A program made the position numbers and the translations under genes. A stretch of DNA of 64,000 bases from an uncultured Gammaproteobacteria bacterium (GTDB taxonomy: Bacteria; Patescibacteriota; Microgenomatia; UBA10105; UBA927), in contig CAZVTT010000001.1 in assembly GCA_964629685.1 (NCBI GenBank), forward strand, positions 577,319 to 641,318, written 5' to 3'. A model generated the notes under the pieces. The model was not told the origin of the DNA and made no database searches. It saw only the letters and a program-made list of their open reading frames with translations. Positions within the stretch are counted from its first letter, which is position 1; every line of letters begins with the position of its first letter. Positions 48,651-57,302 of this stretch are shown in pieces.

Positions 48651-48788
48651 CATCTAAAGTTTATTTATTTTGTGTTTATACATTTATATATTTTTGAATT
48701 TAATTCAATTTGATTAGTTTATGTGTTACTGTATGATGTTATTCTAAAATAAATTACAGATGTGTGAGTTTGTTTGAAAGGGGAAAAA

Positions 48789-49025
48789 ATGAAAACAATG
48801 ACCTGTAAACAACTTGGAGGACCGTGTGATTTTGCTATGCAGGGAAATACAGCAGATGACGTAATTAAAGCCGGTGAACAACATCTGAACGAGATGGTTG
48901 CCAAAGGAGATGCAGCGCACAAACCTGCTGCCCAAATGATGGCGGATATGCGCAAAAATCCTACTTCTGGCATGGAATGGTACATGAAAACACAAAATGA
49001 TTTTGCAGCTTTGCCGGAGAGCTAA
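48789..49025 (+). CDS. DUF1059-like small protein
   Basis: MKTMTCKQLGGPCDFAMQG...HL follows the C..LGG.CD pattern typical of DUF1059. SD GAAAGGGG lies upstream. Confidence 0.5.
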   Translation: MKTMTCKQLGGPCDFAMQGNTADDVIKAGEQHLNEMVAKGDAAHKPAAQMMADMRKNPTSGMEWYMKTQNDFAALPES

Positions 49026-49034
49026 ATATAAGAT

Positions 49035-49619
49035 TTACCGTGAAAACGGCTTTACTACTAGCCTTCTCGTAAGGTTTTCGGCTTTAGAATCAGCGTACCC
49101 CTTCACCATGCGGGGAGTAACTTGCTTTCTATGTATTCTCCAGTCCAGATACAGTGCTTCGTATCCATCAGGGTGTTCTTCTTTTGAAAGGTGTTTCCAT
49201 TTGTCCGGTTCCTGTCGACATAATTCCATTGCGTAGCGCTGTTGAGCGGAATTTAGTGAATCCCAAACAATTCCTAAACCAATCGTGGTTTCATTTTCAT
49301 GTGGTTCAAAATGAGCATTACTTTCGGTAGTTTGGATGTGTGCGTCATAAAGCGTTCTGACAGCTTTATATAACGGAAGTTCTACGACAAAGATTAAATC
49401 TTCAGATTTTTCTATTTGTATTCCCCGAGTAAGATGAATAGCCGGTATTTGGTCCCAGCTATTTGGTAAAGGAATTTCGTTAGCTTTTTTAATACTAAGT
49501 TCACCCGAAAAGGGATCTGTCCTGGATGCCATAAGTTTGGAGCCCGGAATGGAAATTACCGCATGGGGATCTTTTATTTGAATTCGATCAAGTCCGTCTT
49601 GGTCAGCTTCGCCTGCCAT
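49035..49619 (-). CDS. hypothetical protein (194 aa)
   Basis: ORF with protein-like composition. No motif recognised. Confidence 0.4.
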   Translation of the reverse strand: MAGEADQDGLDRIQIKDPHAVISIPGSKLMASRTDPFSGELSIKKANEIPLPNSWDQIPAIHLTRGIQIEKSEDLIFVVELPLYKAVRTLYDAHIQTTESNAHFEPHENETTIGLGIVWDSLNSAQQRYAMELCRQEPDKWKHLSKEEHPDGYEALYLDWRIHRKQVTPRMVKGYADSKAENLTRRLVVKPFSR

Positions 49620-49721
49620 AAGGTTAATTTTATCGCATTAGGAGAATTAAACGAATGGTAAGTTGCGAATGCTGGGAATCAACCGGAAATTATTTTACTT
49701 CCACCCGGTATAATTGAATGT

Positions 49722-50795
49722 ATGAATAGGAAAACGGTCACAAATGATGAATTAGGATACGATAAATATTTTGAATCAGGAAAAAATAATTTAGAATTTT
49801 CCAAATACTCTGTCGCCAGAGTTATGGCAGAATATCGGGGAGGATATCGGGTTAAAAATGAACATAGTGAATATTACGCAATAATTACAGGTAAACAGAT
49901 GTATACGGCAACACATCGAAATGATTATCCTGCTGTAGGCGACTGGGTTGTAATAGATGAGCTAAGAGAAGGACAGGCGGTTATTCATGGTATTCTGCCA
50001 CGTAAAACAATTCTTCAAAAAAAATACAATAATAAACAGGAAAATCAAATTATCGCTACGAATATTGATGTCGCATTTATCGTCGAGTCCATGGATAGGG
50101 ATTATAATCTTAATCGGTTTGAAAGATTTTTAGTTATAGCACAGGACGGAAATATTCAACCGACAATAATACTTAATAAGTGTGATCTGATATCGGAAAA
50201 CGAACTGCAGAATAGAATGAAACAACTGAAAAATAGGTTTACGAATATTGAGCTTATTGCCACAAGTATTTATATTCAGCCGAGTATTACCGAACTGAAA
50301 AAGTATATTAAACCGGGAAAAACCTATTGTTTCCTAGGATCTTCAGGAGTGGGTAAATCATCACTTATAAATGAATTGTTAGGGAAAAATAAAATAAAGA
50401 CGAGTGAGATAAACCCGGATACAGAGAGAGGTAAACATACTACCACCACCAGGGAAATGCACTTTATGGAAGGTGGGGGAATACTTATTGATAATCCGGG
50501 AATACGAGAAGTAGGAATGACCGGATCGGATACGGGGATAGATAAGGTATTTAATGAAATTGACACATTATCCCGCAAATGTAAGTTTGCTGACTGTTCA
50601 CACACGAATGAACCAGGCTGTGCAGTTCTGAAAGCGCTCGAAGAAAAAATCTTAGATGAAAATAGATATGAGAATTATACTAAGTTACACAAGGAGGCTG
50701 AATATTATAAGATGACAGATTTGGAAAAGCGGGAAAAAGATCGAAAATTTGGTAAATTTGTAAAGAAAGCTCTTCAAGAATTAAAACATTCATGA
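49722..50795 (+). CDS. rsgA: ribosome small-subunit biogenesis GTPase RsgA (circularly permuted GTPase)
   Basis: OB domain, then permuted G-motifs LNKCDL before GSSGVGKSSL. C-terminal Zn finger CKFADCSH...C. Confidence 0.85.
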   Translation: MNRKTVTNDELGYDKYFESGKNNLEFSKYSVARVMAEYRGGYRVKNEHSEYYAIITGKQMYTATHRNDYPAVGDWVVIDELREGQAVIHGILPRKTILQKKYNNKQENQIIATNIDVAFIVESMDRDYNLNRFERFLVIAQDGNIQPTIILNKCDLISENELQNRMKQLKNRFTNIELIATSIYIQPSITELKKYIKPGKTYCFLGSSGVGKSSLINELLGKNKIKTSEINPDTERGKHTTTTREMHFMEGGGILIDNPGIREVGMTGSDTGIDKVFNEIDTLSRKCKFADCSHTNEPGCAVLKALEEKILDENRYENYTKLHKEAEYYKMTDLEKREKDRKFGKFVKKALQELKHS

Positions 50796-50813
50796 TCACA
50801 TAAAATGTGACTG

Positions 50814-50886
50814 CCATAGTCGGATTCCCTACGGAAAAGATTCATCAGAGTAAGCGAATTGCTATAGTCGGTTCTCTTCCGATTGG
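50814..50886 (+). repeat. diverged copy of the tRNA-Glu 3'-end-derived repeat
   Basis: CCATAGTCGGATTCCCTACGGAAAAGATTCATCAGAGTAAGCGAA aligns with 52766-52810 (CCTAGCCGGATTCCCTTCGGAAAAGATTCCTCAGGGTAAACGAA). A second partial copy, GCTATAGTCGGTTCTCTTCCGATTGG, lies at 50861-50886. Confidence 0.65.
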
Positions 50887-50993
50887 GAAATACTGAATAA
50901 GCAAGGTATTTAAACTGACTTTTTAAATAGTACGGATGTTGGAAAATAGGAATTCACTTGGTTTCAGTTTAAATCAGGTAATATACTGGTTTT

Positions 50994-51293
50994 ATGGATG
51001 TTCATACACCAATGTGGCTATATATTGTTGAGTGTAATGATGGTTCGTACTACACCGGAGTAACGCGTAACTTAGAGAAGCGAATCTACCAGCACAACCA
51101 CTCAAATGGAGCAAAGTATACGAAAATTCGCAAACCAGTTAAACTCGTTTATTCCCAAAAACTATATAGCCATGCCGAAGCATATAGGAAAGAAAAAACG
51201 ATTAAAAATTTTACTCATGACTGGAAGAGGGGGATTATAGAAGCTAATCTAGAAGAGAAATCGGTAGTGTTTATAGGATCAGGAAAACCATAA
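50994..51293 (+). CDS. GIY-YIG nuclease family protein (YhbQ-like)
   Basis: MWLYIVECNDGSYYTGVTRNLEKRIYQHN shows GIY-YIG motifs with a conserved Arg and Glu. Confidence 0.8.
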   Translation: MDVHTPMWLYIVECNDGSYYTGVTRNLEKRIYQHNHSNGAKYTKIRKPVKLVYSQKLYSHAEAYRKEKTIKNFTHDWKRGIIEANLEEKSVVFIGSGKP

Positions 51294-51411
51294 AGGCAAA
51301 CGAAGGTACTCACCACTTGAGTTTGACCAGTTATGTAATGTCACAGCTTGACCTATTCTAAGAGTTGAAAACCCGGAAGGCTCTCTAAAGCAGACAATCA
51401 GCGGTTAGCGT

Positions 51412-52503
51412 TTGAAAAACTTTTGGTTAAACAGACAAATTGAGTATTTTGGAAAGTCCTATTTTTTCAATGTAGATATTATGGTTAACGAGGGAATCAA
51501 TAAAGCTTTGAAAGAGCGGAGTGTTGTTTTTGAGCTTCTACGTATTATTCTCATCATACTTGTACTTAATCTTCATCTGCTATCAAAGGTAACGATAGTA
51601 CCAGATTCTATCCCAAGGCCAGAGTTAATTGCTGTTCCATTGTTTATAGTTTTATCATTTTATTTAAATTCAAATTTCTTTTTAGGCGCCTTGCCTGCAT
51701 CATTTTCTGCTTTGTTAAAACGGATTAAACGGCTCTTGATACCCTTAATATTTTGGTCTGCTATTAGCTTTGTGTCGCATCCTTCCGCATTATCTATCAA
51801 AAATTTGATATTTCAAACAATAACTGGGAGTCTGTACTCGTCACCTTTATATTTTCTAAAAATACTACTTAACTTTACAGTAATTTTCTACTTGCTATCG
51901 TTTCTACCATTACGTCTGAGAGTACTTAACCTATATTTTTTTCTAGTGTTAGCATTTTTTTTGCAGTACTCTCATGTTAACTTTTATTTTTTCACGCTAA
52001 AGACAAATCCATTTCTAGAGTACTTTAGTGGTAGATTCGTAGAATTATTTCCTTATGCCGTACTAGGATTATTTTTCGGACTTTATCAAAGAAATGTAGA
52101 GAATTTGCGTGTATCCATCGCCTTATTGATTGCTGGTATGATTGGGTGCTTCATCTCGTTGCAGATTGCTTCACCGAATGGCTTTCGCTACCAAGGTATA
52201 CAATATTTTTTCGTAACGTTAACAGTATTTACTTTCGTAAATTACCTGCATAAAGCTATTAGAGGTGTCAATTTGAATGTCAAGTTGAAAGCAGGGATAT
52301 TAATTCTAGGCAGATATTCCTTTGGTGTTTTTCTATTGCACATTCCCATACTCGAAGTATTATTATATTTTTCCCCTTTTGTTAAAAATTTATTTCATAG
52401 ACTCCCTTACTTGTCAGCAGTACTTTTGCTTGTAATATGCTATATAGTTTGTATCGGCGCTGATAAGGCTTCTAAAGAACGATTTTCTTATCTATTTAGG
52501 TAA
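51412..52503 (+). CDS. acyltransferase family 3 (OafA/Oac-like) membrane protein
   Basis: RSVVFELLRIILIILVLNLH fits the acyltransferase_3 N-terminal pattern (R...D/E.LR.....VV..H). About 10 TM helices. The start may be 51484. Confidence 0.65.
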   Translation: MKNFWLNRQIEYFGKSYFFNVDIMVNEGINKALKERSVVFELLRIILIILVLNLHLLSKVTIVPDSIPRPELIAVPLFIVLSFYLNSNFFLGALPASFSALLKRIKRLLIPLIFWSAISFVSHPSALSIKNLIFQTITGSLYSSPLYFLKILLNFTVIFYLLSFLPLRLRVLNLYFFLVLAFFLQYSHVNFYFFTLKTNPFLEYFSGRFVELFPYAVLGLFFGLYQRNVENLRVSIALLIAGMIGCFISLQIASPNGFRYQGIQYFFVTLTVFTFVNYLHKAIRGVNLNVKLKAGILILGRYSFGVFLLHIPILEVLLYFSPFVKNLFHRLPYLSAVLLLVICYIVCIGADKASKERFSYLFR

Positions 52504-52600
52504 CTGAGATTTTGGGTACTATTAGTAGGATCTCTCTAATACTCGATAACTCGTTAACTGCTGGATTGCGAACCTGTTTCCGGTTCATACAGTCAAGAAT

Positions 52601-52712
52601 AAAGCATAAAAAAATTCGGTAATAGCCGGACTTTTTATGCTGTACCCCTAGCCGGATTCCCTTCGTCGCTTCGCTCCTCAGGGCGAGCGAACCACTAAAG
52701 TCGGTTCTTGCA
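52601..52712 (-). repeat. tRNA-Glu 3'-fragment repeat A plus terminator hairpin
   Basis: Minus-strand read: ...CGAAGGGAATCCGGCTAGGGGTAC, with the last 17 nt identical to the tRNA 3' end. Hairpin GCATAAAAAGTCCGGCTATTACCGAATTTTTTTATGC follows. Confidence 0.7.
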
Positions 52713-52725
52713 GATAGAGATATAC

Positions 52726-52830
52726 AAAAAGATCTGGCATGAAGCCAGATCTTTTCTGTAGTACCCCTAGCCGGATTCCCTTCGGAAAAGATTCCTCAGG
52801 GTAAACGAACCGGAACCACAGTCTCAGTGA
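52726..52830 (-). repeat. tRNA-Glu 3'-fragment repeat B plus terminator hairpin
   Basis: Minus-strand read: ...CCGAAGGGAATCCGGCTAGGGGTAC, then GATCTGGCTTCATGCCAGATC followed by TTTTT. Repeats A and B share CCCTGAGGA...CGAAGGGAATCCGGCTAGGGGTAC. Confidence 0.7.
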
Positions 52831-52842
52831 GCTAGACATACC

Positions 52843-52868
52843 ACAAAAAAACCGGCAAATGCCGGTTA
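52843..52868 (-). terminator. terminator of tRNA-Glu
   Basis: Minus-strand read: ACCGGCATTTGCCGGT followed by TTTTTT, immediately after the tRNA 3' end. Confidence 0.7.
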
Positions 52869-52878
52869 TTTTGTAGAG

Positions 52879-52952
52879 TACCCCTAGCCGGATTCGAACC
52901 GGCGATCTACGCCTTGAGAAGGCGTCGTCCTAGGCCGCTAGACGATAGGGGC
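52879..52952 (-). tRNA. tRNA-Glu (anticodon CUC)
   Basis: Minus-strand read: GCCCCTA TC GTCT AGCGGCCTAGGAC G ACGCC TTCTCAA GGCGT AGATC GCCGG TTCGAAT CCGGC TAGGGGT A. Cloverleaf has 7-bp acceptor (G1·U72), 4-bp D-stem with a G·U, 5-bp anticodon and T stems, and T-loop TTCGAAT. No encoded CCA. Confidence 0.85.
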
Positions 52953-53095
52953 ATTTCTGTCGATTTTTTTTGCACATTAGGGCAAAATTGTACCTTAAAT
53001 CATACACAAATTGACCGTAAATGTGCTGATGCAAATTTCTGATATTTAGCCTCAAGAAATTGCATTTAGACTGTTCTGATTGTACCAGTTATAAC

Positions 53096-53124
53096 TTGAC
53101 ATGGCAAATTAAGTTAACTACAAT
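53096..53124 (+). promoter_or_regulatory. sigma-70 promoter of greA
   Basis: TTGACA, a 17-nt spacer, then TACAAT. Confidence 0.6.
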
Positions 53125-53166
53125 CTTCGATGATAACGAAAGTTATCCGAAATCATTTAAAGCTTG

Positions 53167-53202
53167 CTCCCTTGCTTTGCGCAATAAAGGGAGGTTTTTT
53201 TT
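53167..53202 (+). terminator. intrinsic terminator within the greA 5' leader (GraL-like arrangement)
   Basis: CTCCCTT-N13-AAGGGAG followed by GTTTTTTTT. Lies between the greA promoter and the greA SD (AAGAGGAG). Confidence 0.6.
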
Positions 53203-53222
53203 GACCTAAAAAAGAGGAGAAT

Positions 53223-53687
53223 ATGGACACAACACATAAAGTTGTTTTAACGAAAGATGGCTTGGCACAACTACAAGCCGAATATGACGAAATAAGCAGC
53301 AAGAAGCGCCCGGAAGCGGTCCGCCGGCTGGCGGATGCCCGCGATTTGGGTGATTTGTCGGAGAACAGCGAATATGCTGCTGCCAAACAGGATTTGGCAT
53401 TTATAGATGGCCGCATCGCTGAACTGGAAGAAATTCTTCATGGTGCAAAAGTGGTTACCACGCACGTAAAGTCTCACGTAGACGTGGGATGTAAAGTGAC
53501 ATTACATATAAACGGCAGCAAAGAAGTATTTACCCTGGTAGGCGAATGGGAAGCAGACCCAATGCAGAAAAAGATTTCCCACGAATCTCCCTTGGGAAAG
53601 TCGTTAATGGGTAAAAAAGTCGGAGAAAAGGTGGAAGTGGAAGCTCCGGCCGGAAAAGTAATGTATAAAATACTGCAGATTGATTAG
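53223..53687 (+). CDS. greA: transcription elongation factor GreA
   Basis: N-terminal coiled-coil with acidic tip (...DLSENSEYAAAK...) and a C-terminal FKBP-like domain. Length 154 aa. Confidence 0.9.
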   Translation: MDTTHKVVLTKDGLAQLQAEYDEISSKKRPEAVRRLADARDLGDLSENSEYAAAKQDLAFIDGRIAELEEILHGAKVVTTHVKSHVDVGCKVTLHINGSKEVFTLVGEWEADPMQKKISHESPLGKSLMGKKVGEKVEVEAPAGKVMYKILQID

Positions 53688-53712
53688 TTTATTTTGTAAT
53701 ATTTATTACACT

Positions 53713-53875
53713 TGACACTTAATTGATTCAGACGTATAGTTTACTCAACATGAAATTTTCGTGCATGATTACTAGCCAGACTAAAGTTACCCTTGAAACC
53801 GGGGGGACCTTGGCATAGAGCGCGAAAAATACGTTCGAAGCACAAAGAACCCCTCACACCAGAGGGGTTTTCTGG
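53713..53875 (+). ncRNA. promoter-to-terminator unit of about 120 nt: candidate small RNA or leader/attenuator upstream of the M20 peptidase gene
   Basis: TTGACA at 53713-53718, a 17-nt spacer, then TATAGT at 53736-53741. Terminator CCCCTC-ACACCA-GAGGGG at 53850-53867 is followed by TTTTCT. The unit contains only a 22-codon ORF without an SD. Confidence 0.4.
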
Positions 53876-53946
53876 TATTTAGGACTATATGTATACAACA
53901 AAACTAAAATTCTATAACAAAAGAAACTTTATACACCGGAACTATT

Positions 53947-55092
53947 ATGCCGCAGACGTGTCGGCGCAAGAGGCGTTCAAGGCCCAAATGCCAGGTGCCT
54001 GAACGAAATATTATGGATCCATTCAGCCTGTTACGGTGGCTGATCGCTCATCCTTCACCAGTAGGTGAAGAGCAAGAGGTAATACATGAAATCGGGTCAT
54101 TTATGACCAATCTGGGATACCGGATGACTTCATGTCCAACTCAGGACGGTCGGGTTAACCTTGTGGCTGAAATTGGGTCACCACATCGAACCTTAGCCGT
54201 GTACGGAGCCGTAGATACCAATGCATCAGGGGGAGATGATCAAATACATATCCGTAATGGTCGGATTTACGGAAATGGGGTGGCAGATAGAAAAGCCGGA
54301 TTGGCGGCCATTCTGTCACTCGCGGAACATGTAGCAAAGTATGGTCTCCCCGTTACATTTTTGTTTGGTGTGGGGGCTCATCGCGATGGTGCCGGTGCAT
54401 ATTCTCTGGTAAATCATCCGTCTTTACGTAAAAGCGATGCCGTGCTTACGGTTTCTCCAGCTCTGGAATATGAAGGAGCATTTTCGGTATTGTACGGTCG
54501 GGTTGGGACGGTTGAATTAGGTATAAAAGTGAAAGGAAAAGACGAACGGAGTGAAAAATTAGCGGCTGCTGAAGTGGCATCCTGGGTGGAAACGATGAAA
54601 TTTCATGCGGTAGAACCGTTCGGCATGTCCCGTGTTATCGTTCATACCAACCGGGTAATTGTTCCCGGTGATGTGGACTATGATGCCAGAGTGGAATTAC
54701 TGACCACTCCCAGGGATACAGCCGAGAAAATAAGCACATTCCTTACCGTTGTCGCCGATGACTACGGTATAGATGCGACAGTTGAACCGCTTCCCCGGGC
54801 TGTTCCATATCCTGAAGCATATGTTGTTGACACAGATCACCGGCTGGTTCGGCTATTTGACCGGAATATTTTTTCTGCCAGGAATGTGCAACGGGTGTAT
54901 GCCGATACGGCTGGCGATGAAAATATGTTTGCCAACCATAGTACGATTCCGGTGTTATCTTTGGCACCTGTCGGTAGTACTTCCAGCAAGGACATCGAGT
55001 GGGTAGAGGAAGGTTCATTGTACGCGCTGACCAAGTCATTGGCATCTGCTGCCGATATGTATGCAGCACACGCGGCCACCTATTCGGAATAA
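53947..55092 (+). CDS. M20 family metallopeptidase (ArgE/DapE-like)
   Basis: AVDTNASGGDD...GNGVADRKAGLAAILS is a metal-binding Asp with a D-x-K-type motif. The start may be 54013 (MDPFSLL). Confidence 0.65.
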   Translation: MPQTCRRKRRSRPKCQVPERNIMDPFSLLRWLIAHPSPVGEEQEVIHEIGSFMTNLGYRMTSCPTQDGRVNLVAEIGSPHRTLAVYGAVDTNASGGDDQIHIRNGRIYGNGVADRKAGLAAILSLAEHVAKYGLPVTFLFGVGAHRDGAGAYSLVNHPSLRKSDAVLTVSPALEYEGAFSVLYGRVGTVELGIKVKGKDERSEKLAAAEVASWVETMKFHAVEPFGMSRVIVHTNRVIVPGDVDYDARVELLTTPRDTAEKISTFLTVVADDYGIDATVEPLPRAVPYPEAYVVDTDHRLVRLFDRNIFSARNVQRVYADTAGDENMFANHSTIPVLSLAPVGSTSSKDIEWVEEGSLYALTKSLASAADMYAAHAATYSE

Positions 55093-55212
55093 AAAAGGTA
55101 ATGATATAAACGAATAATGCCGGGTCTTCCGGTATTATTCGTTTATGGTAAACATCCGTGTTAGCAACTGATTGTTGCTGATTTTGGTAAAATTGCCGAT
55201 AATACAAGCTAT

Positions 55213-57297
55213 ATGCCTACCTTTGAAGAGTTAAAAGATATTCGGTTACAAAAACTTGAAGCCTTGCGAAAGCAGGGGATAGATGCGTTCCCTTCCACGG
55301 TAAAACGAGATCACGCTATTGCCGGTGCACGGACGAGTGAAGGTAAAACCGTGGCAGTTACCGGTCGCGTCATGGGAGAGCGTGGGCACGGAAAAATTAA
55401 ATTTTATGACTTGGTAGACCAGAGTGGTCAGGTTCAACTGGTTTGTAAAGTAGACCAGATGAACCAGGCAGCATTTGAATTGCTGGGTTCCGTAGATATC
55501 GGAGATTTTTTAGCAGCGCAGGGTACAGTAGGAAAAACTCAAGCAGGAGAGATTTCCATTTTTGTAACTGATTTACAACTTATAACGAAGTCACTGCGGC
55601 CACTTCCCGACCAATGGCATGGTTTAAAAGATGTGGAAGAACGGTACCGCCAGCGTTACGTCGATTTAATCATGAATGAAGACGTACGCAAGGTTTTTGT
55701 CCTCAGAACTAAAGTCATTAAGTTTTTGCGGTCATACCTGGATGCGCACGGATTTTTGGAAGTTGAAACTCCCGTGCTTCAACCTATTTATGGTGGGGCT
55801 TCAGCAAAACCATTTTCTACACACCATAATGCCCTTGATGTAGACATGTTTTTGCGTATTTCTGATGAACTGTATCTCAAGCGGTTAGTGGTTGGTGGGT
55901 TTGAACAGGTATACGAGATATCCAAAGACTTCAGGAATGAAGGGATCGATCGTCAACACAATCCCGAGTTTACCATGTTGGAATTTTATTGGGCGTATTC
56001 GGATTACCAGCATCTTATGAAATTTACGGAAACCATGATGTGTGAGTTGGTTAAATCCGTACATGGCAGTCCGAAATGCACGTTTGAAGGAGTCGAATTG
56101 GATTTTACTCCACCGTGGCCCCGCCGCAGTTATCGTGATGTTGTGCTGGAATATGCCGGTATAGATATAAACGATGCCAATACGGAAGACGCCTTACTGG
56201 CCGCAATAAAGGCAAAAAACATTAAACTTGATCTAACTGGTGTGGTGGGATTTGGAGCCATATTGGATACCTTATATAAGGCTACATCCCGACCGCAATT
56301 AGTAGGTCCGTTATTTTTAACCGATAGACCAACCGCGTTTGTTACACTCGCGAAGCGGCTTCCCGCAGATCCGCTAAAAACCGCTTCATTTCAACTCCTG
56401 TTGGTAGGGAAAGAAGTTATAAATGCGTACAATGAATTAAATGACCCTCTTGATCAGGCTGCCCGTTGGCGAGAATCGGAACATTTGGGAGAAAAAGGTC
56501 AGGATGAACATGAAGCGTTTGATCATGATTATATTCGGGCTTTGGAATACGGTATGCCACCCACTGCCGGTTGGGGAATGGGCATAGACAGATTGGTGTC
56601 TATTCTGACAGATCAGAAAACGCTGAAAGATGTTATTTTATTCCCTACGCTTAAACCTGAATTTCAGATAGAAAAATCAGAACAAATAACGGTGGGAGAA
56701 TCGGTTCCGGCTGCACATAAAGAAGCACCGCCACTTACCCAGGATGATGCCAGGGCATTACTCCATAAGCATATGGAAAATCCGAATTTACGGCGACATT
56801 GTTATGCCGTGGGATATGCGATGAGAGCGCTAGCAGAAAAGCTTGGTGGGAATGCGGATTTATGGGAAGTAATGGGTATATTACATGATGCGGATTGGGA
56901 AGAAACCAAAGATAAGCCGGATCAACATACCAAGGAAACGATTAAATGGTTAGCGGAAAAAGGTATTACTTCCGGTCCGTTGGTTCGCGCGCTGCAATCC
57001 CATAACACCAAACTCACGCAATTGGCCGAATTGGACGGACCGATGGAGTGGGCACTGGAATGTTGTGATGAATTGACCGGATTTATCGTGGCCGTGGCTT
57101 TGGTCAGACCGGAAAAAACCTTGGAAAGTGTAACGGTAGAATCGATTCAGAAGAAATGGAACGTTAAAGATTTTGCCAAAGCGGTAGAACGGGCACAGAT
57201 AGCACAATGTGAGACAAAGTTGGGTATTCCTCTTTCGGAGTTTATAGCGTTAACACTCTCCGTGATGAAACAACATCATGCGGAATTAGGGCTATAG
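55213..57297 (+). CDS. lysS: class II lysyl-tRNA synthetase fused to a C-terminal YqeK-like HD-domain phosphohydrolase
   Basis: Residues 1-510 form LysRS (OB anticodon domain, class II motifs, ...GMGIDRLV). Residues about 515-694 carry HCYAVGYAMRALAEKLGGNADLWEVMGILHDADWEE...ALQSHN, with HD-domain His/HD/His spacing and strong similarity to YqeK-type (Ap4A hydrolase) HD proteins. Confidence 0.85.
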   Translation: MPTFEELKDIRLQKLEALRKQGIDAFPSTVKRDHAIAGARTSEGKTVAVTGRVMGERGHGKIKFYDLVDQSGQVQLVCKVDQMNQAAFELLGSVDIGDFLAAQGTVGKTQAGEISIFVTDLQLITKSLRPLPDQWHGLKDVEERYRQRYVDLIMNEDVRKVFVLRTKVIKFLRSYLDAHGFLEVETPVLQPIYGGASAKPFSTHHNALDVDMFLRISDELYLKRLVVGGFEQVYEISKDFRNEGIDRQHNPEFTMLEFYWAYSDYQHLMKFTETMMCELVKSVHGSPKCTFEGVELDFTPPWPRRSYRDVVLEYAGIDINDANTEDALLAAIKAKNIKLDLTGVVGFGAILDTLYKATSRPQLVGPLFLTDRPTAFVTLAKRLPADPLKTASFQLLLVGKEVINAYNELNDPLDQAARWRESEHLGEKGQDEHEAFDHDYIRALEYGMPPTAGWGMGIDRLVSILTDQKTLKDVILFPTLKPEFQIEKSEQITVGESVPAAHKEAPPLTQDDARALLHKHMENPNLRRHCYAVGYAMRALAEKLGGNADLWEVMGILHDADWEETKDKPDQHTKETIKWLAEKGITSGPLVRALQSHNTKLTQLAELDGPMEWALECCDELTGFIVAVALVRPEKTLESVTVESIQKKWNVKDFAKAVERAQIAQCETKLGIPLSEFIALTLSVMKQHHAELGL

Positions 57298-57302
57298 TTT
57301 CT

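Noticed and set aside
50814-52960. Calling the tRNA-proximal segment a mobile element/prophage.
   Set aside because: No integrase, recombinase, transposase or phage structural genes are present. Only att-like repeat remnants and two cargo-like genes remain. It is kept as an inferred degraded island, not annotated as mobile_element.
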